DNA of 64,000 bases. Source: Amoebidium appalachense (lineage: Eukaryota > Protista > Ichthyosporea). The DNA lies in the NCBI GenBank assembly GCA_963693365.1, contig CAVNZM010000009.1, positions 4,847,146-4,911,145 of the forward strand, read 5' to 3'. This document shows positions 50,836 through 64,000 of the stretch, in pieces. The position numbers and the translations under genes are program-made. Under the pieces are notes generated by a model that worked only from the letters and a program-made list of their open reading frames with translations, was not told where the DNA came from and searched no databases. The stretch's first letter is position 1. The number at the start of each line of letters is the position of its first letter.

Positions 50836-51551
50836 TTGTTAAAGATACAAGTTAGTCTACGATTTAGCCTTCCGACAGCTGTCAGTAGACTGCGTCATAC
50901 CAGGAGTTCAAGAGTTCACAGGAACAGGAATTTATAATTAGGGAATGCATTGAAGACTAGATTGCGATGGCATAAAGCTGAGGTGACTTTAAGAGCAGAT
51001 TATGCTATTTCCGGATCCCTCCCTCCTGGCAGACATCTTCTTCGAGAGCAGTTCTGGAACTTGACCAAACATGACCAGCTCACTATGAGCTGAGTATTTA
51101 GCAGCGTTTTGCGCCATAAAAAAACAATATTGAATCCTCTGCTTTTCAAAAATCCGTCCAAAAAGGACTGCCGGCCATGTCTGGCCAGTGCACTAGTGCC
51201 CTAGTGCCACGGTTTACATACTCCAGGCAACAGAGACTCAGTACCGATGCAATAAACGAGGCATGTCGGGATTGACAGTCCGAATTCATAAGCGCTGGCC
51301 CAAGAAAGAGTGCACGGTGCCTCTCTCCCCAGCAGAGCTGGGGTGCACAAAACTAAAGATGGAGCGGATGTGATGAACTATGTTCTTGACAAGGTGATGG
51401 CACTCTTTCAAGGAGCAAACTACTGAGTGGTCCCCACGGCAGCAAACTGCACAAGGGAAGGGAGGCCCTGGCAGATCTTGAGCCGCACACTCTTAATGTC
51501 AAATGGCAACTCTGTGCAGCTCCGCGACCGGGCCGGCGGGGATCAAGGGAG

Positions 51552-51585
<34 letters not shown>

Positions 51586-51888
51586 GGCCCTGGTGTACTC
51601 AGGATAGTACTCTGCAGAGAGCCGTGGGTGTACGAAAGGATGCGGTCGATGAGGACGGTACAAAGGATGCAGTTGTAATTATATAGAGTCTGCCAGCAAA
51701 CATAGCAAACACAGCACGTCCTGAAGGACTGGTGCATATCATAGGTCGCACGTGACTGCATGACGCACGAGCGCAAGAATCTGAGGCACGGCAAAACTAT
51801 GGACAGCTACATATAGGTGCATATGCCAAACTAACGGTTATGGCCACGAGAAAGGGATGGACAATGTCCCATCGAGAAAAGGAGGGAA

Positions 51889-51933
<45 letters not shown>

Positions 51934-51936
<3 letters not shown>

Positions 51937-52116
51937 GAATGCGGTACACGGTACGAAGTACGCACACACGAAGGACACATGCAAAGGCAAACATTCAAGT
52001 ATATGCAACATCAGCCATGCGCACAGTATGTGTGCGTTATAAGCAGAGCCCATCCGGATCCTCAGGGAAAGCCCAAGTCATCAATTGCGTCTGAGTTTCG
52101 ACCCCCTTAGCCCGCG
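51934..52116 (-). mobile_element. Dispersed repeat family, type-A copy (intergenic)
   Basis: Matches 19680-19865, including ctgagtttcgacccc.ttagcccgcg. Confidence 0.8.
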
Positions 52117-52842
52117 CGGGGGGGGGGGGGGGGGGATTGTTTCGGACTTAGACAGACATACAGAAGCTGCTTATCCTTTCTTTGGCAACACCCGGTGTTG
52201 CATGAATATAGATTGAAAACAACTTATCAAACGGCCCCTGTGTCTCGATGCTCCGGCCTGAATCACAGATCACAGATTTTGACTGAGCAGTGGCAAGGCT
52301 GAGCTCAATACGGCAACCGCAATGTACAGAACTTCGTATCACAAGATTCTAGGTGCATACAGACCAATACTGGGAGTGAACCGTGTCCAACACAGGAAGA
52401 TACAAGTCCACATCCAGCTAAATGTCAGCTAGTAAGAACTACAAGAACCTGAAATCTTGATGATGCATGGATGAGGGAAAAAATGGAAACAAACTGAGAC
52501 ACCCCTGTCCGGCTCACGGTCGTGTGGGTACTGTGTTAACACTGTGAGTGTGTGTGTTTGTGTGTATGTGTGTGTGTGTGTAGGGGCGCACTCGACTCAC
52601 ATAGCCATAAGAACAGCATGGGTCTGAAACCTGACGCCAATTTCGAACTCATAGGAGCTATTTGACATGCACATGCATTTGTTACAAAAAAAAGCTTACA
52701 TGCTACTACGTTTCAGATTTTTATTGCATACATGCACCTGTCTATAATCGAGTACGTGTGTTTGCTGAGTTTGCAAGGTGTGTACACGGAAACAGGCTGA
52801 CGGGAGGGAGGGAACGTGAGAATGAGGAGGGAGAGAGTTGGA

Positions 52843-52876
<34 letters not shown>

Positions 52877-52913
52877 GTGTTGGGGGGGGGAGGGGGGGAG
52901 GTAATGATGCCTT

Positions 52914-53983
52914 CTATGAAGCGCCATTCTTCACATCGGGGACCTTGAGAATGCGCATCGTGTTCGTGTTTCCAGGCCCGCCGCGCCACCCCTGCAGAAC
53001 AACCACGGTGCTTCCGGGGAGGATCATCCCCACCTTCACGGCCTCGCTGAGAGACCAGTTCAGCCTCGCGTCAATGTCGTCCTGAAACGAAGTGTGCGCC
53101 TCCTGCCTAAACACCAACGGGAACGTCCCGCGGTAGAGGTGCACCTGCCTCGCCACCTTCTCCTCCCTCGTCACGACAATGATCGGGCACCTAGGCCTGT
53201 ACTTGCTAACCATCCCACCCGTACGTCCCGATGTGGACATGACGACGATCGCCGACGCGTCCTGCTTGTACGCGGCCTCGACGGCTGCCATCGCCATCGT
53301 CTCTGAGATGGACGGCTTCGGCGTGAGCACCTTCAGCTCGTCAAACGTCACCTTTGCGGTAAACACAGCCTCCGCCTCTCTGCAAATGTTCGCCATCATC
53401 TGCACCGTCTCGATGGGGTAGTTCCCCTTCGCCGTCTCCCCGGAGAGCATCACGCAGTCCGCGCCGTCCAGGACTGCGTTCGCGACGTCGGACACCTCGG
53501 CGCGGGTCGGGCGAGGGTTGTAGGTCATGCTGTCAAGCATCTGAGTCGCGCAAATCACGGGTACCCCCGCAACGTTGCACATGGCAATGATCATTTTCTG
53601 CGCCAAGAATACCTTCTCTGACGGAACCTCGATACCAAGATCGCCGCGGGCCACCATCACGCCGTCCACGACCTTCAGGATTTCCGGGAAGTTTCTGATC
53701 CCCTCGTGGTTTTCGATTTTTGCAATCACCTTTATGTTCTTGCCTTTCTCGCCAAGGAATTCGCGGATCTCCGCAACGTCCGAAGCCTTGCGCACGAACG
53801 ACGCAAAGATGATGTCCACGTCCTGCTCGATGCCCCACCTGCGGCGATGGTGGGTAACCCGTTAGTTTAAAATTTTCATCAAAATTCTTAAACTTTCTCA
53901 TCACCTGCAGCCATGAGTGAGGAGTAGTCCGTTAGTTTGAAAATCACTAATAAACGGCACACAAAGGCATCTAGGAAGCCCGT

Positions 53984-54030
<47 letters not shown>

Positions 54031-54228
54031 ACCACCACCACCACCACCACCACCTTCCCGGAAAATAAAAAAAAAAGAAAAAAAGGAAAAAAGAATTGGA
54101 TTGGAATGAATGCCAAAGACAATGAGAGCGCCGGGGAGGAAGTTGGAAGATTGAGTGATGGGAAGGTGAGGGATGTGCAGGTGAAGACGGTGGGCGGGTA
54201 GATGGGTGGGTGGTGGTGGGGGTTGGAG

Positions 54229-54260
<32 letters not shown>

Positions 54261-54623
54261 AGAGGAGCACGTCAGAGGGGAGGGCAAAATGTGGGCTGCG
54301 ATGGGCGGGTGGTGGTGACAGTTTTAAGGTGTATCTGTGCCGGAAGAGTTGGGCGCCGAGGGGAGGGGGGGGGGGTAAGAATGCGCAGCTACACGGTATG
54401 TAAATAAAACGTAACGATGAGAAAAACTGTGGAGAACACATGCAAAGGCAAACATTCAAGTATGCAACATCGGAGGGGGAGGGGGGGGGGGGGGGGGAGG
54501 GCCAGGTTAGGATGTGTCATATGGTACAAAGTACACATATGGTACAAAGTACACAGTCATAACGAAAAACACAGTGCAGAGTGCAAAGCACACATAACCA
54601 GTATGCGTAAAGCAATGAGGGAG

Positions 54624-54657
<34 letters not shown>

Positions 54658-56552
54658 ATAGAATGAGATAGAGACACGGCTGACATCGAAAGACAAAAAA
54701 CAGTCTGTGTGTGTGTGTGTGTGTGTGTGTTGAAAGAGGGGGAGGGGAGGGAGGGGAGGGGGGAGGGGAAGGGGAGGACGGGTAAGTTAGCTAAAAGTGG
54801 AGACATGTGTAGAGATGCTTTACTGTGTGTCTCTGAAATGGGCCAGTATCGCACTCGTCTTTCTCAAGGCGCCATGCACCCATACCACAACTCTGCCCCT
54901 CCCCCCCCCCCTCCCCCTCCCCTTCCCCCCGTCTTACACCCCACCCACCACCATCTCCTCCCCCCCCCCCCCCTCCCCCCAAGCACACACACACACAAAC
55001 ACACTTCCTCCCACTTCTGGGGGGGAAAAAAAAAGCTCGACCACCCCAAACCCTCCTTTGCCGCGCCATAAAGCCCCCTCAGCTCCTCCCCGCTGCACCT
55101 TTGCTCTCCTAATATCTCCCGGAGTAGCTAACCCGTGCCTCTCTTCTTTCCCCACCCTCCTCCGCTTCCCCTCCCCCTTCACCTTCCCCCTCCTTCCCCA
55201 TTCCCCCACACTTGCCTCACTCCCCTCATTCTCCCTCTCTTTCTCTCCCCTCCTTCTCTCTCTCTTCCCCCCCCCCCCCCCTCCCACCCTCTCCACCCCT
55301 CACAAGGGAGGACTCCGTACACTCCAAACAGACCACGACAACAAGGGACAAGAAGACGGGTGAGAGGAGAGTGCAGCGAGTCAATAACTGGTGTAGAGTA
55401 GAACACGTGAAGGACATGAGATTCGTATTCGTGAAACATAGATGTTGCAACAAGGAGAACAACGGGACAAAGAGGCTGTCATGAAAGTAGCAGTGAGAAG
55501 GGGCGGTGTGGGTGAGGGGGAGTGGGGAGGGGGGCGGGGGGAGGGAGGGGGGGGGGGAAGTGAAAAGGGGTGCTCTGGGCAGGTAGGGAAGGAGAGGGGA
55601 GCCGGGGGGGGGGGGGGGGGGTTTGAATGCGTCAAAAAGTACGAAGTACACAAGAACAAACGGATAACACGATGCAGAATGCAAGCCATACATAAAGAGT
55701 ATGCATAACAAATAAGCAGAGCCCATCCTCAGGGGGGGCCCACGTCATCCACGGTACCCGAGTTTCGACCTATTCCCCTCGTTAACGAAACCCAACTCAG
55801 ATACTGTTTCACTTGAACATGAGTAGGTCACCCGTCTTGATCAGAGACGAGCAGGGTTGCTTATGCAGGCAAGGGCAGTGGGAAAGGCCGGGGGTTAAAG
55901 TTGCAGCAGTAAGCAGAAGCAAGAAAAATATAGATAGGAACTCAGGAGACGGGGCTTCTAGGAAGCTCTCCCGTCGATACCTAAGTCGATACTTCCCTGG
56001 CTAACATACTACACCAGCTGAAAAGAATTAAGTCCCGAAGGCCGCAGAATTCGCAATCAGAGGGGAAAAATATGAGATTTGACCCACGCCGCAGGGTAGT
56101 AACACGCTTACTAGGGCGGAACTTTATCGTCTTCGAACGGAAAGCTATGCCCCCGGATGTCAGCCGGAAATATGGTATGACCCATTGCTTTGGGCTTGAA
56201 AAAAGCCAAACCGATAGTCCGAGTTATGTTACGCCGGCGGGTAACATGCCGCATGGGTTCCAAGGGAGCTGTCGCCAACAGAGCGGTGTGTGCATGCGTG
56301 CGCGTAACGCAATGTGTGAAGTGTGTCTATAGCTATGAAAGGGGGTATGCAGAAGTGGACAGATGAAGTGTGTGGAGAGAAAAACAGTAAGAAGAAAAGT
56401 AGACACCGGTATGTGCAACCCCGCACAACATACATACACACACACACACACACACATAAATAAGCGAAGATTACAGGTAATCAACCAGAACAACAAATGA
56501 CAAGCAAAACAACAGGCGTCAAAAAAAAAAAAAAAAAGAAAAGAAAGAGAGG

Positions 56553-56605
<53 letters not shown>

Positions 56606-57109
56606 GGGGGGAGGGGGGAGGGGGGGGGGGGGGGGGAGGGGGGGGGGGGATAGATGCAGAACTATGTGTGAAATGACATACAGCTACAATAGGAGAATCA
56701 CGATGCAGGACACGAGCACGAGAAGTAAGCAACATCAGCAACGTGGGTACTATGTCACAAGCATCCTCATTGAAGCGCCAAGTCAAAAATTGATCTGGGT
56801 TTCAACCCTGCCTCGAAAGCAATACCCAACTCAGACAGCAGAATTCGTCTGTCAACCATACAAGCAGCCATTTTGCTCACACATGCAATCCTTCTACGAC
56901 GGGTGACCAAGCACTGCATGTAGCAAACATTCTTTTATGATTTACAGACGCACGAGAGAGGAGGGAGGGGGAGAGGGAGGGGGGCTGGATTGAGGTACAG
57001 AGTACAAAGTACATTTATTATTTGTGGAGAACACCACGCAGAGGGCAAAGTACATTAAAAAATGGTATTCACCATCAGAAGATTCCATCCCTCAAGGGGG
57101 ACACAATGG

Positions 57110-57144
<35 letters not shown>

Positions 57145-57245
57145 GGTGGGGAGGGAGGTGTAGAGGGCGGGAAAGGCGGGGAAAGGAGGCAGAGAAGCAC
57201 ACAGATGTAGACCGAGATTATAGAGGAGTGTTATTGGGGGAAAGG

Positions 57246-57279
<34 letters not shown>

Positions 57280-57970
57280 CTTACTTCAAGTCAGCCTTAT
57301 CCTTCTCCGACAGTGCAGGCAGGTCGACGTCGATGTTTGGAAGGTTACACCCCTTTCTACTTCCGAGCACGCCCGAGTTCATCAGCTCGCACGTCACAGA
57401 TGTGTCGGTGACGGAGAGAACACGGAATGAGAGGAGACCGTCGTCGATAAACACGTACGACCCGGGGCTAACCACCTTCGGGAGGTTCTTGTAGTCGCAG
57501 TAAACGTCGGTTTTCGTCCCGTTTTCATAGTAGGATTCATCCATGTGAAGGGTAATCCTGTCTCCGTTCTCCAGCTTGACGTCCCCATCTTTCATGATTC
57601 CCGTTCTGATTTCCGGACCTTTTGTGTCCAGCGCTATTGCCACGGGAGGGCCAGGGTGCAGGCGGCAGGACTCACGCATGTTTTTGATGAGTCCCCCGTG
57701 AAATTCATGAGACCCATGGGAGAAGTTCAGACGCATAATGTTGAGCCCGGCCTGGCGTAGTGCCGTGAGCATTTCCACCGAACCTGTTTTGGGGCCTATT
57801 GTGCAAATGATGGAAGACCTTCGAACACCGTCTGGGTTGTTCTGGATGTCCAGTTTGGACATGTGACCTATGCGTGTTAGTTCGGCCCATGCTGCCTTTT
57901 GCCCTTGGTTCTGAAAAGAACGGGGATAGGCGGGTATCGTAAACGAAGACATACGCTGTAGGGAATCCAT
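52914..57970 (-). CDS. PK: Pyruvate kinase, 536 aa; exons 57970-57285 and 53838-52914
   Basis: Motifs IICTIGP, RLNFSHGSHE, AIALDTKGPEIRTG, KGCNLP, AKIENHEG, VMVARGDLG, ATQMLDSM, PTRAEVSDVANAVLDGADCVMLSGETAKG. ATG context gccgccATGg. One phase-2 GT-AG intron at 57284-53839. Confidence 0.97.
55620..56000 (-). mobile_element. Dispersed repeat family, long type-B copy (pyruvate kinase intron)
   Basis: 55620-55778 is near-identical to 48391-48546; the core is shared with 19795-19960; 55905-55998 is similar to 41630-41717. Confidence 0.8.
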
Positions 57971-58589
57971 GGCGGCCTTGGTAACAGATGAACAGAACCT
58001 GGTTACTACGTGAAAGAAAGTAGAGTGCCCCGTCGTGGTGGTAATGATGGTGCGTAAGCGTTTGCGCGTGTGTGTGTGTGTGCGTGCGTGTGCACGTGCG
58101 TCCCCACGCACGTACGTGTCCTGTGGGACAGAAGATATAGAGGGTGTTGGGCTGAACAATAGTCTATTTGTCCTCAGAAGGAACTTCTCTGTAGAAAAAG
58201 GCACAGGGAGCGTCTGAGTCAGACATCAGAAGCCAGAACAAAACGAGTGTGCGCAGTAGATATAGACGAATAATTAAGTCTTCAGAGATCGCAAAAATGT
58301 GGCGAGCATCAAATTGCATCAGTCTACGTAAACTTTTGTGCACCCGACATTCAATGGTAAAGCAGCCTAAGTGGTATGCTTATATACCAACACTATTTTT
58401 ACATGTTACTTCAGAGCTCTAAGAAGCTCTGAACAGATATAATAGCATGTTTTCTTTAAAGGTATGACATTAAGAAAACAAAGAAAGTTGAAAGACCCCC
58501 ACTGATCGTCGTCGCGATGCAGTCAATATGGCGAGCGAATATGTCAACAAAATTCCGCACGAGCGAATAGGAGAACTTAAACTCTTTTT

Positions 58590-58760
58590 TACGCTCCTAT
58601 TGGTTTTTGTGAGCCAATAAGATTTCTAAATCTGCTTTTTTGCCCTTTTTCACGTGAGCAGTTGCTCAGTTTGCGTAAATGATGTAAGATTCTATTGGCT
58701 CTTGGTAGGTCCGAAGCACCCTAGAGTCGCCCGCCGCGGCGCCGCTTGGCCACTGGCCAG
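58590..58760. promoter_or_regulatory. CCAAT-rich candidate promoter upstream of pyruvate kinase
   Basis: ctattgg, gccaata and ctattggc plus GC-rich cgcccgccgcggcgccgc. Confidence 0.35.
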
Positions 58761-58834
58761 AGGTCAACATACCCAGGGTGCACGTGCCGCTATGCCGTGC
58801 ACGTGTGGTGGTGACGGTAGTGCCGGGTGTGGGT

Positions 58835-58911
<77 letters not shown>

Positions 58912-60400
58912 GACGGAGGGGGGAGGAGACTGTTTCCACCTCGGCCACCAGCTGCAGATATCGATATTCGGAATTCCCTTTTTTCTTTAGGTTTGTGTGT
59001 CTACTAAGTAAATTTTAAGTTTGGCCTCCAATGTTAGATCGGATCTTCTGGGAACATTTGTGTTCTTGTTACGATATCGATGTTTATTTGTCCGACTCAT
59101 CTCAAACCTATGTTATAAGCATGATATATCCCACTACTACCATAACTAACTAACCCTTTAAAGCATACATAAATCCCCCTGCCCCTTCCTCCCTTCCCCT
59201 TCCCCCTCCGAGAGGGCCTACTACGTCCATCCCCCCCCCCCCCCCCCCTCCTTTTTCTCCTCCCTCCAAGCGGTTTCGGATCCCGTTCCCTGGCCTTCCC
59301 CGGGTAAAAATATTATTGGCAGACACTACTACTACTGTTCACCTAGCCCCTGCAGCTGCAGCTCGATCGAATTAAGCCAAGATTGCATTTTTACAAGCAT
59401 TTGCAGACACACACACGCACGAGTCCATGCACAGTTGCATACACACAGGCACACTCAAACATAGATAGCAAGGGAAGAAGAAGCCAACATTAGTTACATG
59501 CATAACAGGCATGAGTCACAAGATTCTGACACACATACACACACACGTGCACCATACCCACTTCCCACACCTACCCACACACACACACACACACACAAAG
59601 CACACATGGATAACTTGAAGCGCTTGGCTTCCCCCCTCCCCCCCCCTCCCCCTCCCTCCCCCCCGGCTCTCCTCCCCTTAGTCAGTACCCAAGCTCAGCC
59701 TGCTCAGTCCCCCCCAACCCTGGTATTCGAAGTAGGCTGTTCCGCAGCATACTCCTTTCTTCCCTTTAACCCCCTCCCCCCCCCCCCTCCCCCCCCCCCC
59801 CCCCTCCCCCCACCCCCCCACACACACACACATACACACACCCCACCACCACCACCACCACCACTACTAACACACATAACCGCACCCCCGACCCCGCCCC
59901 TTCCCGAATACACAACAAGCATAAAGCTCAGGCCTCTACCTTTGCTTTTTTCATGCCTCGCTTTCCTTTCTCTGCCTCTCATACCAACCTCAATCGCTAC
60001 TTCCTCCCACATCCCCCTGCCCCGCTCGTATGCGTCCTGCTTCTGTGCCCCTCGCCCCTCTTGTCTTATTGGCTTTTTTTTGTGTTGGGAAGTGGGTAGG
60101 GGGGCAGGTGAGTAGGCGTGTGCGTAGTTGGTAGGCAAGTGTGTAGTGTTGCTGGTGCTGGTGAGAGAAAGAGAGAGAGGACTGAGAGGGGGGTGTGTGT
60201 GGGGGGAGGGGAGAAAGCAGGTAACTGGGACTTGGTGCGTAAGGTGCCACGGTGCATAGTGTGTAGGCACGTAGGTGTGTGGGTGTGTTGGCGCAGGGCA
60301 CCATATAGACCAAAGCTGGGCCCGTGGGTATCCCAGGGGGGGGGGGGGGGGGGGCTAGGTAGGGGGGAGGGGGGGAGGGGGGGGAGGGAGGGGGGCAGCT

Positions 60401-60404
<4 letters not shown>

Positions 60405-60461
<57 letters not shown>
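60405..60461. repeat. (AT)n microsatellite
   Basis: Seen directly; the only long AT array in the window. Confidence 0.95.
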
Positions 60462-60466
<5 letters not shown>

Positions 60467-60739
60467 CCCTCCCTCTCTCTCTTTTTTGGTTTGTTTAAGG
60501 GAAGGGAAGGGGGGGGGGGGGGGGGGAGGGGTGCAGGGAGGGATAGGGGGGCGGGTACGGACTTGGCACGTATCTTGAGGTGTGTAGGTGTAGTGTAGGT
60601 GCTGTCTAAGAATTAATATCAATTTATGTATATTTTATTCCTCGGAAAGATCTTACAGAATTTGAGAACGAACGAACGGCTTATGATAATGTCGTCTGAC
60701 ATCAGAGTTGACTGACATGCAGTTTCACAGATTTCAGAC

Positions 60740-61156
60740 ATGGCCAGCCCTTCTGCAAGTACTTTCCAAGTTGTGCTGGAAAGCTTCAAGAAAAGTACTC
60801 CGGTCGTTGGAACATGGGTAGGAATTGCTGCAGCAATTGTCGCATGCACCATCTACGTGGAGCGCGGCAAGGGTGAGGTGGCCCGGCTGCGAAGCGAAGT
60901 GGAGCTGAAGGAGAAGCAGGAGGAAGAGAGGGAGAAGCTGAAAGAGAAGCAGGAGGAAGAAAGGGAGAAGCTGAAAGAGAAACTGCATGAGAGGGACATG
61001 CAGCTCCAGGCTAAGGAGATGGAGACATCACGTGCAAGGTCCCTGGTGGACACGTGGGACGCCCTTGTGCGCACCGGGCTGTCGGCTGACTACCCGCTCA
61101 AGAAAAACGCCACAGACCAAGGATCACAGTTGCCGAGTGTGCAAACAACTAAATGA
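60740..61156 (+). CDS. Hypothetical 138-aa single-pass membrane, coiled-coil protein (intronless)
   Basis: Good ATG context (gacATGg), hydrophobic VVGTWVGIAAAIVACTIYV, then an E/K heptad region with a duplicated 11-aa unit (LKEKQEEEREK). GC-ending codon bias resembles the other genes. Confidence 0.6.
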   Translation: MASPSASTFQVVLESFKKSTPVVGTWVGIAAAIVACTIYVERGKGEVARLRSEVELKEKQEEEREKLKEKQEEEREKLKEKLHERDMQLQAKEMETSRARSLVDTWDALVRTGLSADYPLKKNATDQGSQLPSVQTTK

Positions 61157-61288
61157 TTGAGGTATTGAGGGGTTGAGGGGTTGAGGGGTTGTACGTGTAT
61201 TTCTGCTGTATTTACCATACATGGTGCTAAGTGCTTGTATAGCCGTTAGGAATCATTACGAGCTCACCACTATTTATTCATATATTGA

Positions 61289-61869
61289 TCAGTCATCGAA
61301 ATTCCCTGTCCCCATGTGGTTCACAGCAAATGTGTGCACTTGCGTCACGCAGACTGTCTGTTCAATAGAAGCTTCCTTGCCCACTTCCCCAGTACTGGTG
61401 GGCACTGAGGCTTTTGGGGATATCTCGTACTCGACATTAAAATTATTCATGCTCGATATGACCATTTGTGCCGGGGATCTGAGCTGACATTCATACGCCA
61501 TTATGACCATATATGGTACGCACTGATACACACCACCATCATCATTTATGGTTATATTTCATTCTGATATTCATACTTATTAGCCAATATCGCCAGCAAA
61601 AACGAACATCACCACTAGTGTTTTTCTCGTTAGATCCGATTTACATACATATAAGGTCATTCATGCCCTCCAGGCTATTTAGGGTAATCCACGCCACCAC
61701 TTCCAAATATGTTAAGCATGGCATCTTAGCATTTCTCAGCTACCCGCAGTTTGGCAGATCGTGCACGTGGGTTGGCGGTGATTTCTGATTGGCTGGGAAC
61801 AATGGGTTTGCGGGTGATCTCTTTGAAGAGCGGTGTTGGTCCGGCTGCAGTGGGTGGGTTGTAGTAGGC

Positions 61870-61901
<32 letters not shown>

Positions 61902-62760
61902 GCGTGTGTGTGTGTGTGCGCGCTGCACATTGGCCTGTTTTCTGCCTTGTGTGTTATGGGTGGGTGCGTTTGAAAAGAGGAGAGGGGGGGGGGGGGGGGG
62001 GGGGGGTGGATGTTGAGACTTGAGCGCCACGTCTGCAATTCACGGCCATGTTTTACCGCCTCACACATAAACCAAAGGGGTGGCATGCCATATTCCCCAA
62101 AAAACATACAGGAAGTAAGCTGTGAGAGTGTTCTTTTGGGGGGGATTAGGAATGATGTGAGAATAAGATGGCAAGGGAAGGTGCCGGGACAGAAGAGAGG
62201 AGGAACAAAAGGGTGACACCCACACTGAACGCACATGAACCCAAGCACAGAAAAACATATGTGCAGTGTGCTATATCCGTATGAGTAGTGTGGTACTCTA
62301 TTTGAGTATGAAGTGTGAAGAACATAAGGGGCTAAAAAGGAAAGCATTGACATGCGGCTAAGTTGTACTGTTTCCTAGTGGGGTGGGGTGGGTGGGGGGT
62401 TACGTGCAATGAAAACCCGAGGGGGGTGGGGGGTTGGGAGGCACAAATTGTGCGTAAATACTTCTTTACGATCGAGTCTTCTCCGGAGTGGAACGAAATA
62501 ACTGGGGTGAAGGTGTGTCATAGGGGGGGGGGGGGGGGGAGGGGGGATGTGTGTGTGTTTGTGTTTGTGTGCGTGTATGTGTGTTGGGGGGAAGGGGGAG
62601 GTTAGAAAACACCATCTTGGTCGACTCATGTGTGAAACAATTGCCTTTGTTGTCCTAATCTCATTTCAAGTCAAGGAATGTTTCTGGTTTCAAAGTAGTA
62701 TACTTCTTCCTTGCCTGCTGGGTGTGTGCGACCATTTTTTTTTTTATTTTTTTTATTTTT

Positions 62761-62801
<41 letters not shown>

Positions 62802-62874
62802 GGGGGGGATGTTTGGAAGATTCATGTACTTCGTGTCCATGTAACCAGACTCTGTTGGTAGCAGTGACGTAGAG

Positions 62875-62920
<46 letters not shown>

Positions 62921-63560
62921 ACCCACACACACACACACACAGACATACACACACACACGCACACACACACACACACATTAAAAAAAACCAAAAAGAAAAA
63001 CAAAACAGAGACAGACGTACAAGGACACAAATGCACACACAAGAGCACAGACAGGCAGACACACGCACACCCAAGAACACACACAAGGAAACACAAGCAC
63101 CCTATTCCCAACCACCCCCCCAGCTGAATGATCAGGCCACCACCAAATGCCCTCCTCGTTCCTCTGTTTGGCTCCTCTCTTACACTTCTCCCCAAGGCAC
63201 ACACTTGCCATCTTTTATAGTCATCCTACTTTATTTCTCCCCCCTTTATCCCTCACACTCCCCATCCCCCCCCCTTGGCGAATACACTAATACACATGCA
63301 AGCACATATGTGCGTACAGACACACACACGATCGCTCACACACCCACACACAGACACAGACACACACACACACACACCCAAACAGAGGCACACGCACGCA
63401 CACACACATACAGAGGCACACACACACACAGACACACACACACAGAGAGGGGGGGGGGGGGGGGGGGGGATATACCAGCCAGTCTCCCAGCCAGTCTCCC
63501 CCCCACATCCAAAAGACTTGATGCCGCATCTAGTGCTTTCTCCAGCTCACTCATCTGCAA
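61289..63560 (-). CDS. Possible 3' exons of an unidentified gene entering from the right edge
   Basis: Exon-like islands ~63557-63475 (cag|[26 protein letters not shown]|gtatat) and ~61485-61289 (cag|[11 protein letters not shown]...GNFDD*). Intermediate exons are not resolved and no homology was recognised. Confidence 0.3.
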
Positions 63561-63857
63561 CCCATACCCTCACTCAGTGAAAACCCGAAACAAAATCCAA
63601 ATCTCGCCCCAGCCAACCCTCATCCCCCACCTCCCCCCCTTCCCCCCAACCCCCCCCAAAAAAAAATCCTCTGCTGCAAACAAGGAAAGGGGAAAAGGCG
63701 CGGCAACACACGGTGCCTTCCACACTCCACACACGTCCTTTTTGACTAAACAAAAAGAGGAAGTAGTGTGGGTGCAGAGATATCTCTATTCTGATGGTTG
63801 ATGTTTTTGGGTAAATGCACAAATATGCGTGCTTGCCTGCATGCAAGTACATGGAAG

Positions 63858-63901
<44 letters not shown>

Positions 63902-63908
63902 TGTGTGT

Positions 63909-63977
<69 letters not shown>

Positions 63978-64000
63978 CGTGTACGCACGTGTGCGTGTGT

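Noticed and set aside
55715-55800. Hammerhead ribozyme (CUGAGGAUG and CGAAAC on the minus strand, Penelope-like)
   Set aside because: The motif order fits only a type II topology, and stem I cannot form. GAAACUC instead pairs in the covarying helix.
56100-56200. DIRGHSF resembling a tyrosine-recombinase H-x-x-R motif
   Set aside because: The Arg needs a frameshift, stops follow, and no other recombinase motifs are present.

Overview
Eukaryotic genomic DNA. The proteins look opisthokont-like; a unicellular holozoan is only an inference. Introns are saturated with poly-G/poly-C runs and (GT/CA)n or (GA/CT)n microsatellites, so almost all short ORFs in the supplied track are repeat artefacts. 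Genes reconstructed by hand: the 3' part of a type I membrane protein with a furin site (+, ZP/FRAS1-FREM-like architecture), a 4-exon PYM/WIBG gene (-) head-to-head with an intronless MPG DNA glycosylase (+), a 2-exon pyruvate kinase (-), and a small TM/coiled-coil ORF (+). The main result is a 31-exon, phase-consistent model (50137->12333, -, 7173 nt, about 2390 aa). It joins 3 Tudor-like domains, a PHD finger, a ~1300-aa charged region with AT-hook-like repeats and 2 C2H2 fingers to a GTF3C2/Tfc6-type (TFIIIC) WD40 module. Also present: a dispersed modular repeat family of unknown class with a covarying hairpin core (>20 copies, all in one orientation), two foldback/MITE-like palindromes, several minisatellites, and an intron pattern in which acceptors often sit at the end of (CA)n and donors are followed by poly-C. 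Family assignments rest on remembered motifs; no database searches were run.
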